A DNA stretch of 41,076 nucleotides from a virus, in the IMG/VR virus record IMGVR_UViG_2867339791_000001, positions 71,046 to 112,121 of that record. One strand, written 5' to 3'. The position numbers were made by a program, and so were the translations under genes. Shown here one piece after another: positions 26,335 through 34,778 of the stretch; positions within the stretch are counted from its first letter, which is position 1; the number at the start of each line of letters is the position of its first letter. The notes under the pieces were generated by a model that was given only the letters and a program-made list of their open reading frames with translations, did not search any database and had not been told where the DNA came from.

Positions 26335-26411
26335 TCCGGTGTCGCCCAATCGGTAGGGCAGCGGACTGTTAATCCGTACAGGTACAGGTTCGAGTCCTGT
26401 CGCCGGAGCCA
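26335..26411 (+). tRNA. tRNA-Asn(GTT)
   Basis: gcgga-CTGTTAA-tccgt; CCA. Confidence 0.92.
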
Positions 26412-26412
26412 A

Positions 26413-26484
26413 GCCCGTGTAGCTCAGCGGCAGAGCACCGCTCCCACACAGCGGGTCGCCCTGGTTCGAGTTCAGGTACGGGTA
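26413..26484 (+). tRNA. tRNA-Val(CAC)
   Basis: ccgct-CCCACAC-agcgg (C33). Confidence 0.87.
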
Positions 26485-26504
26485 CTGGCCTTCGGGCCGC
26501 AGTT

Positions 26505-26578
26505 GTGGCTGTAGCTCAATGGGAGAGCGGCGGGTTGTGGCCCCGCAGATGCCGGGTCAGTACCGGCCAGTCACCCCA
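26505..26578 (+). tRNA. tRNA-His(GTG), atypical
   Basis: gcggg-TTGTGGC-cccgc; C73 and CCA; T-loop GTCAGTA; no encoded G-1. Confidence 0.82.
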
Positions 26579-26579
26579 A

Positions 26580-26661
26580 GCGCGTCGTGAGCGGCTGGTC
26601 GCTCCCCCGTCTGTAAAACGGGCGCCTTACGGCACGCCTGGTTCAAGTCCAGGGACGCGCA
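26580..26661 (+). tRNA. tRNA-Tyr(GTA)
   Basis: cccgt-CTGTAAA-acggg; long variable arm. Confidence 0.88.
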
Positions 26662-27493
26662 CCGAGACCAAGCGATCGACAGCGATCGTCCGGCGAGACA
26701 GCATCCACGGCCGGATGGCGTCGAGGAAGGGCAGGAGGAGGCCCTTTCGATACAGCTGCCACCTGTGCGCGGGTCGGTGGTTCTCTTTGCCCCGCTTCGC
26801 GGCCGTGATCGAGCCACCACCTGCGAGCTGCGCCAGCCGCTCAAGGACGTCGAGGTCGGTCGACGTCACCTCCAGGTAGGGCGGCCCAATCCACCCCTCG
26901 CCTTCGACCAGCCCGGCCGCCCATGCCGCCCCCGCCGGATCACTTAGGGTGTACGGCCACGAAGGGCTGGGCAGGGTGGGCGGGTTAGTGAAGTTGCTGA
27001 CGAGGAGCGTTGCAGCCTCCCGTCGTCGTGCGGAGAGCAGCGGACAGATCTTGGTCACCAGCCAAAAGAGGTCGTCGCGCCGCTGAACGGTGAGGATCCA
27101 CGACGGCTTGTGATGGTCAACCTTCGGGGTATACGGCCGGACCCGGGGAGCAAACGGCAAGTGCTCGGCCAGTGTCTCGATCACGTCGAGGTCGGTCATC
27201 TGAACGCGGACTACGCCTCCTCCGGACCGCCTCCGCACGAAGGTCCCCTCGCCCTCGATCAGACCAGCAATCCAAGCCAGCCGGGCCTGATCGGGCTCAT
27301 CGACAATCGGCGTACTCCCGTACGCGCACGACCGGCACTGCTTGGCCTTCAGAGACTTCGGTGACCCGCACGAGCACGGGGCCTTCGCCTGCTGCCTTCG
27401 GTACTCACAGGCACTGCACAGGCGGTGCCTGCTGGTGCGGATGAATCGCCGAGAGCAGCCGTCGCAGACTCGCGTGCCGATTGAGTCGACCAT
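26627..27493 (-). CDS. Zn-ribbon plus double-motif LAGLIDADG homing endonuclease 2
   Basis: CxxC repeats; AWIAGLIEGEGTF and AWAAGLVEGEGWI; ATG 6 nt after a TATAGT -10. Confidence 0.88.
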   Translation of the reverse strand: MVDSIGTRVCDGCSRRFIRTSRHRLCSACEYRRQQAKAPCSCGSPKSLKAKQCRSCAYGSTPIVDEPDQARLAWIAGLIEGEGTFVRRRSGGGVVRVQMTDLDVIETLAEHLPFAPRVRPYTPKVDHHKPSWILTVQRRDDLFWLVTKICPLLSARRREAATLLVSNFTNPPTLPSPSWPYTLSDPAGAAWAAGLVEGEGWIGPPYLEVTSTDLDVLERLAQLAGGGSITAAKRGKENHRPAHRWQLYRKGLLLPFLDAIRPWMLSRRTIAVDRLVSVRVPGLEPGVP

Positions 27494-27535
27494 GGAATCA
27501 CTATAGGCGCAGCAGGTCCCCTTCGCCTGCACCAT

Positions 27536-27608
27536 GCCCTCGTAGCTCAGCGGATAGAGCACCGGCTTCCGGAGCCGGCGGTCGGCCGTTCGAATCGGTC
27601 CGAGGGTG
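27536..27608 (+). tRNA. tRNA-Arg(CCG)
   Basis: ccggc-TTCCGGA-gccgg. Confidence 0.92.
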
Positions 27609-27613
27609 CGTAC

Positions 27614-27687
27614 GGTCGCATGCCCGAGTGGTCAGGGAGCCGCCTGCAAAGCGGCGCACCGGGGTTCGAGTCCCCGTGCGGCCTCCA
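27614..27687 (+). tRNA. tRNA-Cys(GCA)
   Basis: gccgc-CTGCAAA-gcggc; U73 and CCA. Confidence 0.92.
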
Positions 27688-27703
27688 CGTGATGCCATCC
27701 GCT

Positions 27704-27853
27704 GTGGACATGCAGCGTAAATCGATAGACGCAACCTCTACCGAGCTGCTATCGTCAGACCTGCGGGGCCGGCTCCCGAGTGTGCTTCCTTCTAACCCTT
27801 TCAAATGGCTGAGAACTAGCGCGCTCAATCACCGGCCCCGCACTCATGTCCAC
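27704..27853 (+). ncRNA. Candidate ~150-nt two-module structured RNA upstream of the RING/TerD gene
   Basis: GTGGACATG/CATGTCCAC closing stem; TGCGGGGCCGG/CCGGCCCCGCA; GAGTGTGCT/AGCGCGCTC; CGATAG/CTATCG. Confidence 0.55.
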
Positions 27854-27888
27854 GTCCAGATCACCCCGACGAAAGGCCGGTGACCGGC

Positions 27889-30486
27889 ATGGCGACCCAG
27901 ACCCGCACCCAGACCGCCCGGACCCGGCCGGCCACCCTCGTCCGGGTGCTCCTGCGCCGCCGAGGCACCGTCTACGTACCCGCCGGCACCGACCAGTTCA
28001 ACCCGGACGCGCGGCCGGGCGTGACCCTGCTCGAAGCCGACCTGGCCGAGCGGGGCTGGCTGCTGTCCCAGCCGCTGCGCGACGCCCTGCTGCGTCTCGA
28101 CACCGTCGACCTCACTGCCCTCGGCTCTCGGCTGCTCGCCGACTGCGACGAGCTGGTAGGCGGCGGCCGTGACCACACGCCGCTGTTCCGGCGCTTCCCC
28201 GACCGGGTGCCCAACGACACCCTCGGCCTGTTCGTCGACCGGATCCTCACCGCCTGGTTCCAGGAGCCCACGCAGCCCTGCGTGCTGTGCTTCGCGGCCG
28301 GCACCGTCCGGCCGGTCAACCCGTGCGGGCACCTGGTGTGCGGTGACTGCTTCCGGCCGGCGGACTACTCGGCCTGCCCGATCTGCTACCGGCAGCTCGA
28401 CCCGGCGGACCCGTACCTGGCCGCCGGCGAGCCGGCCGTCGAGGACCGGCCGCGCGAGCCGCGCGAGGTGACCGGCCCCGCGCCGGCACGCCTCCGGGTG
28501 CTGCACCTCGGCGGCGGCCTGCTCGCCCAGGTGCGCGCCGAGGTGCTGTCCCTGCTCGCCCGCCCCACCGCGCTGCCGCCGGCCGACGCCGACGACCTGG
28601 CCGTCATGCTGGCCGGCCTCGACCGCACCGACGTGTCGTGGCTGCCCGCCGCCGTGCCGGGCCGGGAGACGAAGGCCCGCCTGCTGGCGTGGCTGCTCGC
28701 CGACCCGGTCGACCCGGCCGTGGTGGAGGCGCACGTCACCGCGCTGGTCGACACCGCCACCGACGTGCTGCGGTTCCTCGTCGCCCGTTCGGGCGGTGAG
28801 TCGCTGATCGACCGGCCGCGGATCGCGCCGGTCGCCCGGCCGCTGCGCCGGGTGCTGCTGGCCGCCCTCGACCGGATGGGCGTGGTGCAGCTCGTCGAGG
28901 ACATGCGCCGGCACCGTCGGGCGTGGATCGCCGTCGGTGAGCGGCTGCACCCGGGCGAGCACGCCGGCCGGTGGCCGAATGTTGCGCTGGCGTTCGCCGC
29001 GCTGCGCGGCACCACCCTGAACCAGGTGCAGGCCGCAGCGCTCATGCTCAACGACCGCACGGCGAGCGCGGAGCACGTTCATGTCCGTGACGGCCGGGTG
29101 CTGATCGCCGTCCGGGCCCGCCGGGTCGAGGAAGCCCTGGCGGCCCGTGACCTCACCGCCGCTCTGGGTGCCCTGCGCGCCCGTCCGGGTGAGCTGCTGC
29201 GCCGCGCCGACCACCTGCTGCGCATCGGCGCCGGCCGTCACAACGCGCTGGTCGAGGAGATCGGCCGCGCGGCCCGGCAGGCCGCCCCGGCGGTGATCCT
29301 GTCGGCCCTGGGTGAGATCCGCACCCGCGCGGTCGCCCACGACCAGCGGGTGTTCTTCCCCGCCGGCCGCACAGGCACCGCGCACGTCGTCGAGGACGCT
29401 CGCTCGCCGCTGGCCCCGCACCTGGTCGGGCAGGCGGAACGGGCGCTGAAGGCCGCCCTGTTCGAGCGTGCCGCTGCGCTGCCGGCCGTCGACCGGGCCG
29501 TGGTCGACACCGACTTGGAGGGCATCATCGCCCCGTTCACGGAGCGCACCGCCGCCCGCGCCCTGGTCACCCTGGCCCGCGGTTCGGTCCTGCCGATCCC
29601 GGCCGGCCAGGTCGTGCGTCTGTTCCTGCACTGGATGGAGTCGGAGCAGCGGGTCGACCTGGACCTGTCGGTGGCCGTCTACAGCAAGACGTGGGAGCAC
29701 GTTGGCACCTGCGACTTCACCAACCTGCGGCTGCCCGGGGCCGTGCACTCGGGTGACTTCACCAGCGCCCCGGCACCGCGCGGCGCGTCGGAGTTCATCG
29801 ACCTGGACGTGGACGTCCTCGCCAAGCAGGGCGGCCGGTACGCGGTCATGTCGGTGCTCAGCTACAACAACGTGCCGTTCCTCGACATGGCGGAGGCGTT
29901 CGCCGGGTTCATGGTCCGCGACCAGCTCGGCGGCCGGCGGGAGCCGTTCGACGCGCGTGCGGTGGAGCAGCGGTTCGACCTGACCGGCCCCGGCAAGGTC
30001 ACCATCCCGTTCGTCGTCGACCTGCACGCTCGGACGATGCGGTGGCTCGACGTCGCCGCGAAGGTGACCGGCACCAACCACGCGGTGCACCGCCACGCCG
30101 ACCAGTTCTCCACCGTGGCGCGAGCCTTGGTGGCCTCGTTCGAGGCGGGCGGCCGGGTCACCCTCGGGGAGCTGGGCCGGTGGATCGCCGCCGCCCGCGC
30201 CCGCGAGGTGATCGTGCGCAGCCCCGCGGGCATGACGCTGTTCCGGCGGGCCGACCACGAGTCGGTGTCGACATTCGCGCTGCGGCTGCGCACCGGGCTC
30301 AGCTCGTCGCCGGCCACGGCGGAGGACGCCGCGTCGGCCGCGTTGCAGTTCGTGGCGCGCGGTGACCTGCCGACGCCGGACGGCGCGGAGGTGTACGCGC
30401 TGCACCCCGGCCAGCTCGACGCGGGCCGGGTGCGGCTGCTGGCCGCACCGGACGTGCCGGCGATGCTTGCCCCTCCGGGGCCGTAG
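27889..30486 (+). CDS. Prokaryotic RING-finger plus TerD-like protein (MXAN_6230/SCO0854-like family)
   Basis: CVLC..PCGHLVCGDCF..YSACPIC RING; TATDVLR, RPGELLRR; C-terminal RVDLDLS..HSGDFTSAP..GASEFIDL TerD-like region. Confidence 0.85.
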   Translation: MATQTRTQTARTRPATLVRVLLRRRGTVYVPAGTDQFNPDARPGVTLLEADLAERGWLLSQPLRDALLRLDTVDLTALGSRLLADCDELVGGGRDHTPLFRRFPDRVPNDTLGLFVDRILTAWFQEPTQPCVLCFAAGTVRPVNPCGHLVCGDCFRPADYSACPICYRQLDPADPYLAAGEPAVEDRPREPREVTGPAPARLRVLHLGGGLLAQVRAEVLSLLARPTALPPADADDLAVMLAGLDRTDVSWLPAAVPGRETKARLLAWLLADPVDPAVVEAHVTALVDTATDVLRFLVARSGGESLIDRPRIAPVARPLRRVLLAALDRMGVVQLVEDMRRHRRAWIAVGERLHPGEHAGRWPNVALAFAALRGTTLNQVQAAALMLNDRTASAEHVHVRDGRVLIAVRARRVEEALAARDLTAALGALRARPGELLRRADHLLRIGAGRHNALVEEIGRAARQAAPAVILSALGEIRTRAVAHDQRVFFPAGRTGTAHVVEDARSPLAPHLVGQAERALKAALFERAAALPAVDRAVVDTDLEGIIAPFTERTAARALVTLARGSVLPIPAGQVVRLFLHWMESEQRVDLDLSVAVYSKTWEHVGTCDFTNLRLPGAVHSGDFTSAPAPRGASEFIDLDVDVLAKQGGRYAVMSVLSYNNVPFLDMAEAFAGFMVRDQLGGRREPFDARAVEQRFDLTGPGKVTIPFVVDLHARTMRWLDVAAKVTGTNHAVHRHADQFSTVARALVASFEAGGRVTLGELGRWIAAARAREVIVRSPAGMTLFRRADHESVSTFALRLRTGLSSSPATAEDAASAALQFVARGDLPTPDGAEVYALHPGQLDAGRVRLLAAPDVPAMLAPPGP

Positions 30487-30685
30487 TCCTGCTCCTGAAG
30501 GAGTTCGTTGCTCTCGGCCGGGGCCGCGCGAACGGCCGCAGTTCTGCGGTCAGCGCGTGGCGTTTCGGGTCGATGAGGGGTGAACATTAGGTCCCTGCCC
30601 GGAGCCGCCGGCTCGATGATGACGTTGGCGAGCGGGTTGGACGAGGGTCGAAGAAGCTCAATCGGCCCTCGTCCAACCCCGGTCG

Positions 30686-30940
30686 CTATCGCCGCGCCCT
30701 GGCCGATCGGCGCCGCAGCACAACCACGATTCCGCCGACGGCGCTGGCCGCGACCGTGCCGATCGCAGGGATCGCGACCGGAGCGATGCTGGCGATGGCC
30801 GGGCCGGTGGCCAGGGCGATCCAGAGCGTCGCCCCGATGGCGGTCAGAGCCACCAGCACAAGGGCCCCGATCAGGGCATAGTCCGTGCTGCCAGCAGCCC
30901 CAGTGTCGCGCCGCGGGGTAGCTCTCGTTACCGTTGTCAC
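30686..30940 (-). CDS. Small 2-TM membrane protein with basic tail
   Basis: AGGAGG RBS and GTG; hydrophobic hairpin, RRRSARARR tail. Confidence 0.65.
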   Translation of the reverse strand: MTTVTRATPRRDTGAAGSTDYALIGALVLVALTAIGATLWIALATGPAIASIAPVAIPAIGTVAASAVGGIVVVLRRRSARARR

Positions 30941-31540
30941 TTGGTCTCGTTCCTCCTGTTGTTCGGTCCATACGCGGGACTTGCAGTGGGCGTGACCGTT
31001 CAAGGCGGCCCCGGGGAGTGACAGTCCCCGGGCGCCAGCCGCCCTTGGCCGAGGTGCCGGCCGATCACGTGTGCCGATGCACCGTATCCGGCACCTTCGA
31101 CGAATGTGGCCGGAACCCAAGGAAAATTCGGGTCCGGTCTTTTGGAGCTTGAGGCGCACGGGCATGACTCCCGAACCGCCTGGGCGGCACGCGAGCAATG
31201 CACCTTGCCCCGGGAGCCCAACGGGTGGTTCGCAGCGGGGTTACCGGTACGGCCACCCGCCCGCGTTCCCGCCGGTAGGCGGGTGCCGCGGGGGGCAGTG
31301 CTACGGAATCACACGGACCCGACGGGGAGCCCGGCGTGACTCTCGATAAGCATGCGGGCGTGGTCTGAAGGACTGACGCTTTCGCACCGACACTGTGAGC
31401 TAGCCGACCGCGCAGGTGAGCAATGCGGGCAACGACCGACATGGAGGTCTTGCTCGGCCCAGTGCTGTATCGCCAGCTCAGACCGGTAGTTGGCGGCGGA
31501 CGTGGCACCACCAGCGCGCGGGCGTTCAGGAACCGATCCA

Positions 31541-31607
31541 TCTCGGTGAAGTCGTGTACGGAGAGGGCCCTATGCCGTATCTTGATAGTTGTAATCGCTA
31601 TTGAGAT
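31541..31607 (+). promoter_or_regulatory. Element promoter-operator module, copy G
   Basis: TCGGTGAAGT..TATCTT-GATAGTTGTAATCGCTATTGAGAT. Confidence 0.78.
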
Positions 31608-31617
31608 AGGGGATGCG

Positions 31618-31776
31618 GTGACGAGGATCGAGTACGACGAGATGGACGACGAGTTCTACTACATCTGCCACGAGCCGAAGTGCCCCCGCCGCACCGGCAA
31701 GGGCTGGATGCGCTGGAACGCCGCCAACCGCGACGCCGACTACCACGAGCAGCAGCACGCGGACGGGGTGATCTGA
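31618..31776 (+). CDS. Small C2H2-like Zn-finger protein
   Basis: ICHEPKC...HEQQH; directly downstream of promoter G. Confidence 0.6.
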   Translation: MTRIEYDEMDDEFYYICHEPKCPRRTGKGWMRWNAANRDADYHEQQHADGVI

Positions 31777-32036
31777 CATGCTCGGCGTCGCGACTCTGGG
31801 CACCTCGGCAGAGCAGCACATTGAGAATCGGAGAACGGCGAGGCCGGGCATCCCGGTGCTCGGGCGCCCTGTCGGCGCCCTGTCGGCGACCGCGACAAGG
31901 CTACTGACGCCTGCTCGCAGGCGTCGCTCCCCGGCTCGTGTCGGATACCGCCTCCGCCGTTCAGCCGTCATCCTTCGGGCGGTACCGACGGCGGGGTTTA
32001 GCGTGGTCGTCCCCTGGTCGAACGATTAGACCACTT

Positions 32037-33383
32037 TTACGGCGACGAAAGCCGGAGGTCCCGATAAAGGCGCAACGACGACGAGGTGGTCGCTGGGCCC
32101 TCCCACGGTTGGGGTGGCCCACCGTTCCGGGGGACGAGGTATCGTCCCGACCCGCCATGCGGAAGGCGTACCGGCGTATACGCGGGGCTGTTCACGGGAC
32201 CGACGTAGTTGGCGAAGCCCCTTATCCACTCGATGGATAGGTCGTGGAGTTTGTGACGGGATGGATCCTGCCACACGATATTGTGCCCGGCGCATTCGAT
32301 GTCGTACATCATTGCTTTACCTCGTCCGGCAATGGCCCGATAGAGGTGGTCCACCGAAAACGGTCCTCGGCCGTCAGTAGAATCCGCCTTCGCGCGAATG
32401 AGCACGTCCTCGGTCCCGGCGATGATGAGTACGGGAATGCCGATATCGGAGGTGGGGGCACCGCCCAGCGGTTCTTTTCCGAGTTGCGGATTTGTTTCTA
32501 CAAGTTTCTGGTTCCAGCCCCACCAGAACCGTGTCGGGTACAGGGCGATTTCTCCCTGGCCTGGGACTAGATTGGGGGTGCGCTCGTTCGCCATCATGGC
32601 GGCCCATAAGTCGTCAATGACGTAGTCGTTCCGTTCCGGAAGGCAGCCCTGCGGCTGCGGCACCGGCGGCTCCGGCCAAATTGTTTTCTTGGTGTGGACT
32701 CCCATCGGGGCGCCGTAGAACCTATCCGTGCGGGAAGGATCTGGCGCAGCGAATGGTCGTGGTAGGTCTGCGGGGCCGTTGGGCGGGAATATCGGCGCGA
32801 GCAGCAGAAGGGCCCACACCTTTCCCGGGTTCTGCATGGCGTAGGGGCCAACGACATAGGCTCCAGCCGAGTACCCGATCAGAATGACCCGTCCGGCACC
32901 TTCGCTGTACCAGTTCGGGTTTTCCTTTATTGCTTCGCTTCGGACATGGTCGACAACGGCGTCGAGTTCCTGCCACTCTGAATCTGAATCGTTGAGATGA
33001 TAGGGCCAGTTCGGCCCGTATAGCACTCGCCCGAAGGCTTTGATCTGTTCACCCTTCAGGATGTTGGTGAAGTCGGACATCGCATACACGCGGTTGGAGG
33101 CACCCATGCACTGTACTTCCATGATCCAAACCTCGGCCTGGCACCTGTCGGCAATCTCCCGCGCCCAGCTGTAATGCCCATCGTTAGCATTGCTCAACAG
33201 GTCGAAGGAAACGCGAGCCGGAATCGTCCTGCCGGCCACCATGACAATTTGGGCGGTCGGGGGCTTGCCTGGAGGAAGCGTTGAAGGCCGAATCCGCCGT
33301 ATCGCGATTTCGGCGGTCCCCCCGTAATTGGATCGATTCTTCGAATTAAGCACGTATACGGAGCTGTCAGTGCTGGTCGCCAT
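32037..33383 (-). CDS. Alpha/beta-fold hydrolase (lower-GC cargo)
   Basis: GYSAG nucleophile elbow, VLIIAGTED, AGHNI; AAGGAGG RBS. Confidence 0.88.
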   Translation of the reverse strand: MATSTDSSVYVLNSKNRSNYGGTAEIAIRRIRPSTLPPGKPPTAQIVMVAGRTIPARVSFDLLSNANDGHYSWAREIADRCQAEVWIMEVQCMGASNRVYAMSDFTNILKGEQIKAFGRVLYGPNWPYHLNDSDSEWQELDAVVDHVRSEAIKENPNWYSEGAGRVILIGYSAGAYVVGPYAMQNPGKVWALLLLAPIFPPNGPADLPRPFAAPDPSRTDRFYGAPMGVHTKKTIWPEPPVPQPQGCLPERNDYVIDDLWAAMMANERTPNLVPGQGEIALYPTRFWWGWNQKLVETNPQLGKEPLGGAPTSDIGIPVLIIAGTEDVLIRAKADSTDGRGPFSVDHLYRAIAGRGKAMMYDIECAGHNIVWQDPSRHKLHDLSIEWIRGFANYVGPVNSPAYTPVRLPHGGSGRYLVPRNGGPPQPWEGPATTSSSLRLYRDLRLSSP

Positions 33384-33630
33384 GCCGGCCTCCTTGGATC
33401 CCGGCGATGTCTCGCGGACGCGGGAGATTTCCCACTGGCGTCGCTCGTATGCGCGCATTGGAAGAGCCGGGCCGCCGCACCCGCGGCGGGCCTGCGGCCC
33501 AAAACAGACCCGCCGGTTCGCGTTGAGCAACGCCATCCCGACCACCGGGAGTAGGGCGCCGACCAGCGGGAGCGGGTGGCGCCGCCGCAGGCGCAGTCGA
33601 TGCTGCCGATCGGGTGACCCTCGCGGGGAT

Positions 33631-33696
33631 TTTGATAGAAGTCATGACTATCAAGCCACGGTGTCGTATCTTGGTAGTTGTAACCGCTACCGAGAT
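33631..33696 (+). promoter_or_regulatory. Element promoter-operator module, copy H
   Basis: TTGATAG-N9-CTATCAA; ATGACT-17-TATCTT; ATCTTGGTAG-N9-CTACCGAGAT. Confidence 0.82.
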
Positions 33697-33709
33697 CACG
33701 GAGGACGTC

Positions 33710-33964
33710 ATGGCCGACTACGCGACCCTCGCCGCCGCCCACCGCGCTGCCGTCTCCCGTGCGGCCGACGCCGGCAAGGCCCTGACGCTGGCACGGCACA
33801 GCCTCAACGCCGCAGGCGGCGCGGCCATCGACACCGTCCGGGTCCGGCAGCTCGCCAATGCCGCAGGCCGCGCCGAAGCCGCCTACCGGCAGGCGTGCCG
33901 CGAGGCCGACGAGGCGAACGCCGCCGCGACCGCGGCCAACCCGAACGCGGAGCCCCGCCGGTGA
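33710..33964 (+). CDS. Small Ala-rich hypothetical protein
   Basis: GGAGG RBS. Confidence 0.7.
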   Translation: MADYATLAAAHRAAVSRAADAGKALTLARHSLNAAGGAAIDTVRVRQLANAAGRAEAAYRQACREADEANAAATAANPNAEPRR

Positions 33965-34446
33965 CCGCGCTGACCTTCCCGGCCGTCGACCTGCGTGCGC
34001 TGGACGACGCCACCCTGACCGCGCTCGCCGCCTGGCACGCCGAAGGCGCCGCCGCGACCGCCGCCGAGCAGGCCCGCCGCGCCGCCGTCGCCGAGCGGGT
34101 CCGCAAGGCCGCCGCGTGGCGGCTCGCCGACGAGGCCGGGGACGACCCGCGGTGGACACCGCAGCAGTGGGATGGGGCGCGGATCTGCGTCGGCCCGAGG
34201 CGCGGGTTCCGAGGCTTCATCGTCGGCCGCTGCACCGACGGCTGCGAGCAGGTTGACGGTCGCCCCCACTGGCAGCTGTACCAAGGGGCGAGCCTGACCC
34301 GCGTCGACTGCATCCCCCGCGAGCACCTGCGGCCCGTCCCGACGGTGCGCCGTGCCGGCGGGCCGGGCCGCGTCCGCTGCGACTACCCGTGCCGCTGCTG
34401 CATGGGCGACCCCCGTACACGAAAGACCGAGAGGACACGAGCATGA
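33961..34446 (+). CDS. Hypothetical Cys-containing protein
   Basis: GTGA overlap. Confidence 0.65.
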   Translation: MTALTFPAVDLRALDDATLTALAAWHAEGAAATAAEQARRAAVAERVRKAAAWRLADEAGDDPRWTPQQWDGARICVGPRRGFRGFIVGRCTDGCEQVDGRPHWQLYQGASLTRVDCIPREHLRPVPTVRRAGGPGRVRCDYPCRCCMGDPRTRKTERTRA

Positions 34447-34778
34447 CCCTCACCGAACCCGCCACGACCGACATCACCCCGCAGACACCTGCCCTGATCG
34501 GACCGCTAACCGCCGAGGAATGGTGCGCCTTCCGGATGCGCGACGACGACGACCTGTTGCAGTGCTGCGGCGTCACATCGTCGTTCCGGGACGCCCTGTT
34601 CTACCTGCTGCGGATGGGCGGCGGCCGGGAGCACGCCCGGGGGTACTTCCGGGAGGAGTGGCAGGCCATGGAGGAACACGACTTCCCGGTGGGCGATGAG
34701 GTGACGCCGTTGCTGGACAAGCTGCGCGCCTACTACATCGACCCGCCGTCGGCGACAGCCGGATCGGCGGGTTCGTGA
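34443..34778 (+). CDS. Hypothetical protein
   Basis: ATGA overlap; GAGG RBS. Confidence 0.7.
   Translation: MTLTEPATTDITPQTPALIGPLTAEEWCAFRMRDDDDLLQCCGVTSSFRDALFYLLRMGGGREHARGYFREEWQAMEEHDFPVGDEVTPLLDKLRAYYIDPPSATAGSAGS

Noticed and set aside
24981-27493. LAGLIDADG ORFs as inteins or group I intron ORFs
   Set aside because: No host extein or splicing residues; flanking tRNAs are uninterrupted; ORFs are antisense with their own -10 elements
21071-27687. Suppressor, Sec or Pyl tRNAs, tmRNA, GOLLD/ROOL RNA
   Set aside because: No CTA/TTA/TCA anticodon found, and no unexplained gap long enough for these large RNAs
27844-30405. 853-aa minus-strand ORF
   Set aside because: Shadow of the RING/TerD gene
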